Assembly: GCA_963555815.3 (NCBI GenBank)
Contig: CAUVWX020000001.1
Coordinates: 320,001-384,000 of the forward strand
Source of the DNA: a bacterium
Lineage (GTDB): Bacteria > UBA8248 > JACPRG01 > G963555815
Length of the DNA: 64,000 bases
Direction of reading: 5' to 3'
Positions 20,873-28,931 of this stretch are shown here, piece by piece. Numbering within the stretch: the stretch's first letter is position 1; the number at the start of each line of letters is the position of its first letter. A program made the translations under genes and the position numbers. The notes below the pieces were generated by a model, which was not told where the DNA came from, ran no database searches, and saw only the letters and a list, made by a program, of their open reading frames with translations.

Positions 20873-21342
20873 TGTTTACACTAACCAATGTTTCTTCTTC
20901 ACCAAGTGAAGGCTTGATGCCAATCAAGAGAGGCGATGATTCAGGGCCGAGACCATTCTCGTCGGTTTGCAACCGTCACACATCGGTTCAGGCACCGGAA
21001 GGCGCTAGCTTTTTCATTCTGTATCTCGTTAATTCTCCCCTGACAGCACGTTACTATATTGATGATGTTACGGTTCATATTACTGAATTGCCAGATGCGA
21101 CGCATTCTCTTCTAAAACCGATCCCTATACGGTTGAAACCTGTGGGAGAAGTGGAGTGGATGGCCAGCTTTGACGAAGCCAACATCGCCATGACTGGTAA
21201 CACACCGGAGGAGGCCAAGGAGTTTCTATCTTACAATATCATCGATGCCGTGGAATTATTTCATGCTAAAGAAGAAGCCTTGATACCCGATCTTAAGCAG
21301 ACTTTAGTGGTACTTCGTCAGTATATAGAGATCTCTGAGTGA
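20872..21342 (+). CDS. Cargo gene 2: HicB-like antitoxin with N-terminal extension
   Basis: C-terminal WMASFDEANIAMTGNTPEEAKEFL resembles the HicB partial RNase H fold; overlaps both neighbours. Confidence 0.55.
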   Translation: MFTLTNVSSSPSEGLMPIKRGDDSGPRPFSSVCNRHTSVQAPEGASFFILYLVNSPLTARYYIDDVTVHITELPDATHSLLKPIPIRLKPVGEVEWMASFDEANIAMTGNTPEEAKEFLSYNIIDAVELFHAKEEALIPDLKQTLVVLRQYIEISE

Positions 21343-21644
21343 AGTCCCTTACACAGGATGACGCCCATGCGATTGCCCATAAACTAGAAGCAACGATCGA
21401 AAGGAGAAGCAAGCATGATTGGGCTATTGTCGAGTATATGGGCCGAGTTGTTGCACAGTATGGAATCAGGCGAGCTAGCCGAGAAAAGAATCACGATCAT
21501 ATTCCCGGACAACTAAATATCTCGAGATTAGAAGCAAGAGGGCTTGCCGACTGTCCATTTAGCAAAGATGATTATTTTACGGCTCTACGCAGTAGAGGGA
21601 AGATTCCCATGGAAGGGGAAAACGGAACAAATAAAGAAAGTTGA
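21339..21644 (+). CDS. Cargo gene 3: HicA-like toxin
   Basis: ~100 aa; RSKHDWAIV (conserved His), QLNIS, DCPFSKDDY; GTGA overlap with the upstream gene. Confidence 0.5.
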   Translation: MKSLTQDDAHAIAHKLEATIERRSKHDWAIVEYMGRVVAQYGIRRASREKNHDHIPGQLNISRLEARGLADCPFSKDDYFTALRSRGKIPMEGENGTNKES

Positions 21645-21653
21645 AGTGTGGTA

Positions 21654-21884
21654 TTAGGAATATGCTCGCCACCGAGCCTGTGCAGCCCGCCTAGCAATCT
21701 CTCGCCGTTGTTCTGCTGTCAACCGTTGCGCTCGCACCGCCCCGCCTTTTAGCCCGCCCTTCTGGGCATACTCCTTCCCGGCCATCGTTTCGTCGTCAAC
21801 CTCACCCGTCGCAATCTTAGCCACCTTGATCGCGGCTCCAATCACGTCACCAGGCCGTTTCTGTCCTGACGGTCCTTTAGGCAT
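21654..21884 (-). CDS. Small basic KGG-motif protein at the element end
   Basis: MPKGPSGQKRPGDVIGAAIKVAKIATGE...KGGLKGGAVRAQRLTAEQRREIARRAAQARW; extended -10 (TGtTAAGCT) 6 nt before the ATG. Confidence 0.8.
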   Translation of the reverse strand: MPKGPSGQKRPGDVIGAAIKVAKIATGEVDDETMAGKEYAQKGGLKGGAVRAQRLTAEQRREIARRAAQARWRAYS

Positions 21885-22030
21885 ACGGGAAGCTTAACAC
21901 AACGCGAGGAGAAAAGAGAGAGCCTGCAAATTCAAACTGAGACACTACCCAATTTTTACTTAACCACTTTAGCATACCCTAAATACAGCATACCAAAGAC
22001 GGGATTGCAGGGGCAACCCCTTAGCCAGAA

Positions 22031-22052
22031 AAAATCAAACTGACCCACTACA
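22031..22052. mobile_element. Orphan terminal repeat of an older related IS1-like element
   Basis: AAAATCAAACTGACCCACTACA vs younger TIR AAATTCAAACTGAGACACTACC (18/22 identical); abuts the WD40 truncation point. Confidence 0.75.
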
Positions 22053-22230
22053 GAATGGTGTTGTCACTTGACGCCGAGGCGAGGAGGCGGCCGTCGGGCG
22101 AGAAGGCGAGGGACATGACCTCGTTGCCATGCCCCTCAAGAATCCGAACTTCTTGGGAGAGGGCAAGAGACGCAAAAAGGGTGGAAAGAGAAACAATCAG
22201 GGCCTGAAGGCGAAAATGGCGCACGGACAT
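22048..22230 (-). pseudogene. Truncated WD40 paralog (signal peptide plus first repeat)
   Basis: MSVRHFRLQALIVSLS...EVRILEGH...SPDGRLLASASSDNTI is close to the N-terminus of 9778-10749; its TAG is supplied by the orphan TIR. Confidence 0.85.
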
Positions 22231-22321
22231 CTTTTGCTCCGTTGGCCTGATTATATCCGAAAGGCGCCTCTCAGGCTTTTTTTCCTTGGTTTGGGGGGGT
22301 ACGAGTAATTGAAAAGAAGGG

Positions 22322-22393
<72 letters not shown>

Positions 22394-22509
22394 CTTCACA
22401 TAAAATCCTTATGATGTTCCAAATCAAGCCTTTCGGGGCCCCTTCGCACTTCGATGTTCATTAACATGACCGGGCTTCCAGGTCAACCGGGAAAGGGGAT
22501 CCCTATCCA

Positions 22510-23697
22510 TCAGATGGCGCCCTCCGCCCTCAACTTTTCGATCCTGGCCGGGTCGTAACCAAGAAGCCCCTGGAGGACTTCCTGCGTATGCTCCCCCAGG
22601 ACTGGGGGAGGTGTCCGGATCTCAGCGGGGGTATCCGTGAATTTCACGGGGAGGCCCACGAGGCGGATCCGACCGGCCCTGGGGTGGTCGATTTCTTCGA
22701 CCATCTTCCGGTGGAGGACCTGGGGGTCCTGAAAGACCCGGTCGAGGGTATTGACGGGGCCGCAGGGGACCCCGGCCGAAGAGAGGATCTGGAACCACTC
22801 CGCCGCTGTCTTTGTCTTCAGCCTCTCTTGGAGGATCTCCTCCAAAGCGTCTCGGTGCTTCACCCGGTCGGGATTGGTCTTAAAGCGAGTGTCCTCGGCC
22901 AACTCGGGAATGTCCAGGACGTTGCAGAGCTTTCGGAAAAGCTCGTCATTTCCCGCCCCGACCGTGACATAGATATCTTTGGCCTTGAAAGCCTGATAGG
23001 GAACGATGGAGGGGTGGTGGCTTCCCGCGCGTTGGGGGATTATCCCGGCCAGGAGGTAGTTGCTCGCTTGATTGATGAGGACAGAGACCTGGGTCTCGAG
23101 GAGGGAGAGGTCGATCCTTTGTCCCTTCCCCGTCTTCTCTCTGGCATAGAGGGCCGCCGAGATGGCCCCCTGGGCCATGATCCCGGTCGACACGTCGGTG
23201 ACAGCGACGCCCACCTTGCAGGGCGGTCGGTCTTTCTCGCCCGTGATGCCCATGAGCCCGCCCAGGGCCGAGATAATGACGTCGTAGCCGGGATAATTCC
23301 GATAAGGCCCTGTCGGTCCGAAGGCGGAGATGGAGCAGTAGATGAGGCGGGGGTTCATGGCCGAAAGGGCCTGATACCCCAGCCCGAGTCTTTCCAGGGT
23401 GTCTGGCCTGAAATTCTCGACAAAGACATCTGAGCGCCTGGCCAATTCCAGGGCGATCTTTAGCCCCTCCGGATGCTTGAGGTTCAGACTGAGGCTCTTT
23501 TTGTTCCGGTTAAGGCTGAGGAAATAGGCACTCTCCCCTTCGATGAAGGGGGGCCCCCACTGGCGGGTGTCATCTCCCCGTTCCGGACGCTCCACCTTGA
23601 TGACCTCCGCCCCCAGGTCTCCAAGGAGCATGGTGCAGTAAGGGCCGGTCGCCGCCTGGGATAGGTCCAGGACGCGGATGCCTTCAAGCGGTCCCAA
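22510..23697 (-). CDS. CaiB/BaiF family III CoA-transferase
   Basis: PLEGIRVLDLS, LGAEVIKVE, NRNKKSL, ENFRP, NPRLIYCSIS, GYD motifs. Confidence 0.93.
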   Translation of the reverse strand: MGPLEGIRVLDLSQAATGPYCTMLLGDLGAEVIKVERPERGDDTRQWGPPFIEGESAYFLSLNRNKKSLSLNLKHPEGLKIALELARRSDVFVENFRPDTLERLGLGYQALSAMNPRLIYCSISAFGPTGPYRNYPGYDVIISALGGLMGITGEKDRPPCKVGVAVTDVSTGIMAQGAISAALYAREKTGKGQRIDLSLLETQVSVLINQASNYLLAGIIPQRAGSHHPSIVPYQAFKAKDIYVTVGAGNDELFRKLCNVLDIPELAEDTRFKTNPDRVKHRDALEEILQERLKTKTAAEWFQILSSAGVPCGPVNTLDRVFQDPQVLHRKMVEEIDHPRAGRIRLVGLPVKFTDTPAEIRTPPPVLGEHTQEVLQGLLGYDPARIEKLRAEGAI

Positions 23698-24042
23698 CGG
23701 CCCTCCTTGCCGGATAGGGGACTATGCCCGGCAGATGTGCAAGGCTGGACGGCTACGTTCTGAATCCAAAGCGACCTCCTCTCCGGGGGGTTAGACCAGG
23801 ACTCCCATGCTACCAGGGAAATCGTCGATGATTAAAGCCCTAAGAGAAGATCTTGGGCTTCGGGTCCTCATCGCCCAGAACGTCAGCGAGAAGAAACTGG
23901 CCGACAAGAGGAGCCTCGGCTATCATGTCCCCCTGGCCCAGACCCCGGGGGGTTCTCGAACATAGGAATTTGTCGCCCTCGAGAAAGTGGTCGAAGTCGC
24001 CCGAACTGACGCTCTTGGACCCATGTCGCCGGAGGACGTTCC

Positions 24043-25164
24043 ATGACCCAAGAGGGCTCGATTCGCCGTCTCCTTCGAGAAGGCATCGCCGACCTCCCCG
24101 CCGTCGCCCCCTTCACGGACCCCAGGGAGGTGGCCGAGCGCTCGCACCAGGAGGTGGTACGCATAGGGGCCAACGAAAATCCCCTCGCCCCCTCCCCCCG
24201 GGCCGTGGAAGCAGCGAAACAGGCCCTCCTTGAGCCTAACCGGTACCCCGACCCCCTGAGTCTTGAGCTCCGAAAGGCCGTTGGAGAACGTTTCGGTCTT
24301 TCTTCGGAACACGTCCTTGTCGGAAACGGGGGAGACGAGGTGATCTCGGTCCTCGCGAGGACTTTCCTGAACGAAGGGGATGAAGTTCTCATCCCCTGGC
24401 CTGCTTTTGGGACCTATGTCGTCACCGCCCGCGTGATGGGGGCGAAACTCATCCTGAGCCCTCTCAAGGATTACGCAATTGACCCAGAGGATATGTTGAA
24501 GAAGGTCTCGAAGAGGACGAAACTCATCTACCTCTGTAATCCTCATAACCCCAGCGGGACTCTCCTATCACCGGCCTCCTTTGAGCGGATCCTCCAGGCC
24601 CTTCCCGAAAGGGTCATCCTGTTCTCGGACGAGGCCTACTGGGATTTTGTCGAGGAGGACAAAGATTACCCTGACACACTAGGCCATCTGGCCAAAAGCA
24701 AGACACCCCATCTCGTCATCCTCAGGACCTTCTCAAAGGTCTATGGCCTCGCGGGGATTCGGGTGGGATACCTCCTGGCCCCTCCGCCGATGGTGTCCTA
24801 CATGCTGCGGGCAAAGGAGTTTTTCAATGTAAACCGGGCGGCCCAGGCGGCGGCGCTGGCTGCCCTGAAGGATGAGGATCACTACCGCAGAAGCCGCTCC
24901 TTCATCATTGAGGAGCGCCGTTTCCTGGAGAGGGAGCTTTCAGCCCTTAAAATTCCTTTCGTCCCGTCTCAGGCGAACTTCATCCTGCTCATCCTGGGAC
25001 AGAAGGCCCCCTTGGTCTTTGAGGGGTTTCTGGACCGGGGGATCATCGCCCGGGAGGGCTCTGGCTTTGAGATCCCTGAGACGGTCCGGATCTCGGTGGG
25101 GAGCAGGGAGGACAACGAACGGGTCCTGGGCGCCCTCCGGGGTCTCTGGGATAATAAAGGCTGA
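24043..25164 (+). CDS. hisC: Histidinol-phosphate aminotransferase
   Basis: ANENP, NRYPD, GNGGDE, CNPHNPSG, DEAY, RTFSKVYGLAGIRVGY. Confidence 0.9.
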   Translation: MTQEGSIRRLLREGIADLPAVAPFTDPREVAERSHQEVVRIGANENPLAPSPRAVEAAKQALLEPNRYPDPLSLELRKAVGERFGLSSEHVLVGNGGDEVISVLARTFLNEGDEVLIPWPAFGTYVVTARVMGAKLILSPLKDYAIDPEDMLKKVSKRTKLIYLCNPHNPSGTLLSPASFERILQALPERVILFSDEAYWDFVEEDKDYPDTLGHLAKSKTPHLVILRTFSKVYGLAGIRVGYLLAPPPMVSYMLRAKEFFNVNRAAQAAALAALKDEDHYRRSRSFIIEERRFLERELSALKIPFVPSQANFILLILGQKAPLVFEGFLDRGIIAREGSGFEIPETVRISVGSREDNERVLGALRGLWDNKG

Positions 25165-25405
25165 GGAAACGCGAAAAGTTTTCAGGGGGCTGTGACTGCC
25201 ACATTGACGACCGATGCGCCACATCGGCGGCCGATGAGGAGACTACAGGAGGACCTTCAAAACAGCGGGCAAAAACACTGCTGCTCGTGTAAAATACGTA
25301 TTATCAATATGTTAAAAGTTACAGGTGGTTCCGGTGGACCAGGTGGCTAGCCCCAGGAACCCCTATCCGGAGAAAGTAGCCACCCTGAAACCCTCAGAAA
25401 GGGTA

Positions 25406-25434
25406 TTGACAAGAGAGGGAAAAGGGGTTATTTT
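25406..25434 (+). promoter_or_regulatory. Candidate sigma70 promoter upstream of the sigma factor
   Basis: TTGACA-17bp-TATTTT. Confidence 0.5.
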
Positions 25435-25625
25435 TAAAATGGTTAGCAGGGGGGGGGGATAGACCCCAACGCGCCCCACCCGGGGAATGGAAAAGGGTCA
25501 CAAGCCCTTGACCTGGATGGTGAGCAGGGTGTCAATCGGAGAGATTGAGCCCTGCTTATTGTTTTGGCCTTTATTAGGGCACATCAGCCAGGAAAGAGGG
25601 GGCGTGCCGAGCACAAGAGGTAAAG

Positions 25626-26474
25626 ATGGCGAACACTGCTCAGGTTCACACCGCATCTTCTGATGCCTTGAGTGCTTATCTCTCGGCGGTCCGGAACCTC
25701 CCGGTCCTCAGCCGCGAGGAGGAGCTTAAGGTCATTCGAAGGGCGCGGCGTGGGGATCACAAAGCCTGGGAGCAGTTTATCCGGTGCAACCTTCGTTACG
25801 TGGTGAGCGTGTCCAATCGGTACAAGGGCTGCGGGGTGCCGCTCTCCGACCTCATCCACGAGGGCAACATCGGTCTCATCGAGGCGGCTCGCCGTTTTGA
25901 CCCTAAGCGGGGGGTTCGATTCATCACGTATGCCGTGTGGTGGATTCGGCAGGCCATCGTCCACGCCCTGGCCTCTCAAGGGGGGGCCGTCCACCTCTCG
26001 GTCAAGCAGGCCCAAAAACGCCTCAAGGTCCGGGAGAAGATCCGCCAGCTCGAGCAGAGCACTGGCGGCCAGACCAGCATTCTGGCTGTGGCCGAGGCCC
26101 TCGATGAGATGCCAGAGGAGGTAGCCCTCCTGAGGGCCGCCCGAGAGCCATACTCCCTGGACAGCCCTCTGGGTGCAGAGGAAGGCCTGAGTCACCTCGA
26201 GCGCCTCACGGACAGTCAGGAAAATCCTGCCGAGGACCGCCTGAACCGGACGGCCGTCTCACGCCAGATGGAGTTGGCGCTCTCTCGGCTACCCAAGCGC
26301 GAGGCCGAAATCCTCAAGATGCGATATGGCTTCTCCGGGGACCCCATGACGCTTCAGGAGATTGGTGATAAGATGAGTCTCTCCCGGGAGCGCATCCGCC
26401 AGCTGGAGAAGCAGGCGCTTCGTCGCCTGAAGGGCCAGGGGCGGTTGGTCAGCCTTCGTAACGTCCTCAACTGA
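25626..26474 (+). CDS. RNA polymerase sigma-70 family factor (RpoD/RpoS-like, no region 1.1)
   Basis: DALSAYL, NLRYVVSV, DLIHEGNIGLIEAARRFDP, YAVWWIRQAI, TLQEIG..LSRERIRQLE. Confidence 0.92.
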   Translation: MANTAQVHTASSDALSAYLSAVRNLPVLSREEELKVIRRARRGDHKAWEQFIRCNLRYVVSVSNRYKGCGVPLSDLIHEGNIGLIEAARRFDPKRGVRFITYAVWWIRQAIVHALASQGGAVHLSVKQAQKRLKVREKIRQLEQSTGGQTSILAVAEALDEMPEEVALLRAAREPYSLDSPLGAEEGLSHLERLTDSQENPAEDRLNRTAVSRQMELALSRLPKREAEILKMRYGFSGDPMTLQEIGDKMSLSRERIRQLEKQALRRLKGQGRLVSLRNVLN

Positions 26475-26584
26475 GGGACATTTTTCCCCTTCGTGAACAC
26501 CGGGAAGGGCCTAAGGAAGCACTGCTGGGGCCTGGGCCCTTCCCTTCCACCTTCCACTCGGATAACGCCAGAGGGTGTGCTACC

Positions 26585-27226
26585 TTGAGCGGGCCAAGGC
26601 GCGCCGTCCTGGACATCGAAATTCACCTCCCAAGCCTCGAAGGGAAGTTTCACTGGCAAGAGCTCTTCGGAAACGGGGGGCCGGTGGAGATCGAGATCGG
26701 CTTCGGAAAGGGCCGGTTTCTCATCCAGGCCGCCGAGCGCTTTTGCGACGTGAACTACCTCGGGATCGACCGGGCCCGGCGCTACCTTCGAATTGCAAAA
26801 GAACGGCTGGAAAAGCGGGGCCTCACGAACGTTCACCTCGTCAAGAGCGACGCGCCCTACGCTATCCGAGAGTACATCCCCTCCAACTCTGTTCGGGCCT
26901 TCCACACCTATTTTCCTGACCCGTGGTGGAAAAAACGCCACCTCAAGCGGCGGATCTTCGACCCCTTCTTCGCCACTGAGCTGGCAAGAACTCTTCAGCC
27001 GGGCGGAAAACTCTATGTGGCCTCAGACGTGGTGGCCTACTTTGAGCTCATCCAGGAATGCCTGGCCCAGAACACATCTTTCATCTCCCTTCCCCACCCG
27101 TCTGATCTTATGGACGAGGCTGGCTACACCCCTTCCAATTTCGAGGTGAAGATCGCTCGGGCCGGACACACGATCCATCGGGCCGTCCATCAGAAACCCC
27201 TGAAAGCTTCCGGCCAAAAGCCTTGA
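26585..27226 (+). CDS. trmB: tRNA (guanine-N7)-methyltransferase
   Basis: EIGFGKGRF, YFPDPWWKKRH..RR, SD..YF, SNFE. Confidence 0.9.
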   Translation: MSGPRRAVLDIEIHLPSLEGKFHWQELFGNGGPVEIEIGFGKGRFLIQAAERFCDVNYLGIDRARRYLRIAKERLEKRGLTNVHLVKSDAPYAIREYIPSNSVRAFHTYFPDPWWKKRHLKRRIFDPFFATELARTLQPGGKLYVASDVVAYFELIQECLAQNTSFISLPHPSDLMDEAGYTPSNFEVKIARAGHTIHRAVHQKPLKASGQKP

Positions 27227-27391
27227 GGGACTCCTTCGCATCAGGGCAAATTCCCCCTCCCCCGCTGTCCGGCAGGCTGCCGTAGAAAACCCTCGTTCAG
27301 TCTTCAGAAATATTCAGAGAATGGGTTCGGATGTAAGGGAAAAGCTGGACGGAGAGCTAGATATACCGGTAGCGAAGGCGCACCTCAGCCT

Positions 27392-28141
27392 TCACGCCGT
27401 TGCCTCTTGCATGACGGATTCGGGGATGTCGAAATTGGCGTAGGCGTGCTGGACGTCGTCGTGGTCCTCCAGGGCCTCCATGAGGCGAAGGACCTGCTTG
27501 GCAGCGGCCCCTTCAAGCCGAAGGGTGTTCTTTGGAATCTGCGTCACGTCGGCCGAAGCCAGGGGGATTCCCTTCGCGGTCAGGGCCTCTTTCACACTTT
27601 CAAAGTCTTCAGGTCTTGCCGTGATCTCAAAGAAACTTTCTTCTTGCTTCAGGTCTTCCGCCCCCGCCTCCAGGGCCAGCTCCATGAGGGACTCCTCCTC
27701 AGCCCGGCCCCGCTCCACCAAGACGATCCCTTTCATCTCGAACATCCAGGAGACAGCCCCCGCCTCGACGAGGCTACCCCCGTTCTTCGTAAAGAGCTTC
27801 CGCAACTCAGCCACTGTCCTGTTCCGATTGTCCGTCAGGGCCTGGGTGAGGATGGCGACCCCGCCCGCTCCATAACCTTCCAGCGTCAGCTCTTCATAGG
27901 AAACGCCGGGGAGTTCCCCCGTCCCCTTCTTGATGGCGCGCTCCACATTATCGGCGGGCATGTTGGCGGCCCTGGCGGCAGCGATAGCGGTCCGAAGACG
28001 GGGGTTGCCCCCAGGGTCCCCCCCGCCAAGACGCGCGGCCACGGTGACCTCCTTGATGAGCCTGGAGAAGACCTTCCCCCGCTTCGCATCGGCCGCCGAC
28101 TTTTTGTGACGAATCGAAGACCACTTCGAATGGCCGGACAT
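27392..28141 (-). CDS. yebC: YebC/PmpR family protein
   Basis: MSGHSKWSSIRHKK, NPRLR, EGYG, TDNRNRT, LEDHDDVQ. Confidence 0.95.
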   Translation of the reverse strand: MSGHSKWSSIRHKKSAADAKRGKVFSRLIKEVTVAARLGGGDPGGNPRLRTAIAAARAANMPADNVERAIKKGTGELPGVSYEELTLEGYGAGGVAILTQALTDNRNRTVAELRKLFTKNGGSLVEAGAVSWMFEMKGIVLVERGRAEEESLMELALEAGAEDLKQEESFFEITARPEDFESVKEALTAKGIPLASADVTQIPKNTLRLEGAAAKQVLRLMEALEDHDDVQHAYANFDIPESVMQEATA

Positions 28142-28256
28142 GGGACATCCTCCCCGGGCCCTCGCCAGGACACCTTAACGGAACAATTAGAATATACTTT
28201 TCGGTACCACCTTTTGCCCTAAAAAGTCAAGCCAGTGGGTTGCGTTCCTACTTGGC

Positions 28257-28622
28257 TCAAAGCGATTTCAGGAAGTGGACGAGCTGCCAGATCTCCTCCT
28301 CGGAAAGCTGACGCCCAAAAGGGGCCATCGGTGTCCCCGGCACTCCATTGGCGATCGTCTCGAAGATGGCCTCGTCGGAGGCGCCGTATTTGAGCTCTTC
28401 ACGAGTAAAATCGCGCGGCTTGGGATTGAGGATTCCTGCGGCTGGCCCCTGCCCGTCTCCCTTTTCCCCGTGACAAAAGAAACATTTTTGAAGATAGACC
28501 GCCTGGCCCTTCGCCACCGAATCGGGGGTTGAAACCCTGGTGGGAGCCGAGGGGGTCTCCGCCAAAGAACGACCCAGGAGGAAAAAACCCAACAGGATGA
28601 ACGCGATGCCCGTCTTCTTCAT
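28257..28622 (-). CDS. Small periplasmic monoheme cytochrome c
   Basis: MKKTG signal peptide, CFFCH, KPRDFT, GVPGTPM (Met ligand). Confidence 0.88.
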   Translation of the reverse strand: MKKTGIAFILLGFFLLGRSLAETPSAPTRVSTPDSVAKGQAVYLQKCFFCHGEKGDGQGPAAGILNPKPRDFTREELKYGASDEAIFETIANGVPGTPMAPFGRQLSEEEIWQLVHFLKSL

Positions 28623-28717
28623 AGAAAATCCCCACGGTTGTGCCCCCGCACAGGGGCGCAACCCCTTCGGAGGGGCGCTAAGCCGGGAAGGGGGATTTTC
28701 TATGAAGAAGACGGGCA
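28607..28717. repeat. 27-bp perfect inverted repeat with structured 57-bp spacer
   Basis: TGCCCGTCTTCTTCATAGAAAATCCCC (28607-28633) and its exact reverse complement at 28691-28717. Confidence 0.92.
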
Positions 28718-28931
28718 AGGTAAAACTCAGGGTCTCCCCCTATCGGGCCCTTGGCCAAAGCCTCTTGAAGGGCCTGATTGCCCGCAAGGGGCCGAGCGGG
28801 AAGCCCCCCCTCCTCGCGGCGAATCACGAAAGTCTCCAGGGCGAAGCAGGGAGAAGGCTCATTGGAATGCGGTCGATTTGACGTTAACGAAAGGGGTACA
28901 AGACCCCCTTCACGTGATCTTAGTTTGATCC

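Larger units (their letters stand above)
19485..21949. mobile_element. Cargo-carrying IS1-like transposon (2465 bp) with 22-bp perfect terminal inverted repeats
   Basis: GGTAGTGTCTCAGTTTGAATTT at 19485-19506 and its exact reverse complement at 21928-21949; flanks CGGTTTTT / CAATTTTT (6/8 match, possible decayed 8-bp TSD); lower GC than host. Confidence 0.88.
19243..21975 (-). pseudogene. Small KGG-type basic protein gene of an older IS1-like element, split by the younger element
   Basis: ATG at 21975 (MLKWLSKN). The remainder at 19484-19243 reads ..DRNLLVSNIVQTATEGEPEEVRPEDEG, then after a frameshift KNPHAVAFGRLGGKKRGKARAKKLSGKKRKKIAGKAAKALWKK; homologous to 21654-21884. Confidence 0.7.

Noticed and set aside
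22588..23433. Long antisense ORFs (also 7752-8615, 43326-44333, 60370-61275)
   Set aside because: Shadow ORFs opposite well-supported genes, expected in high-GC DNA.
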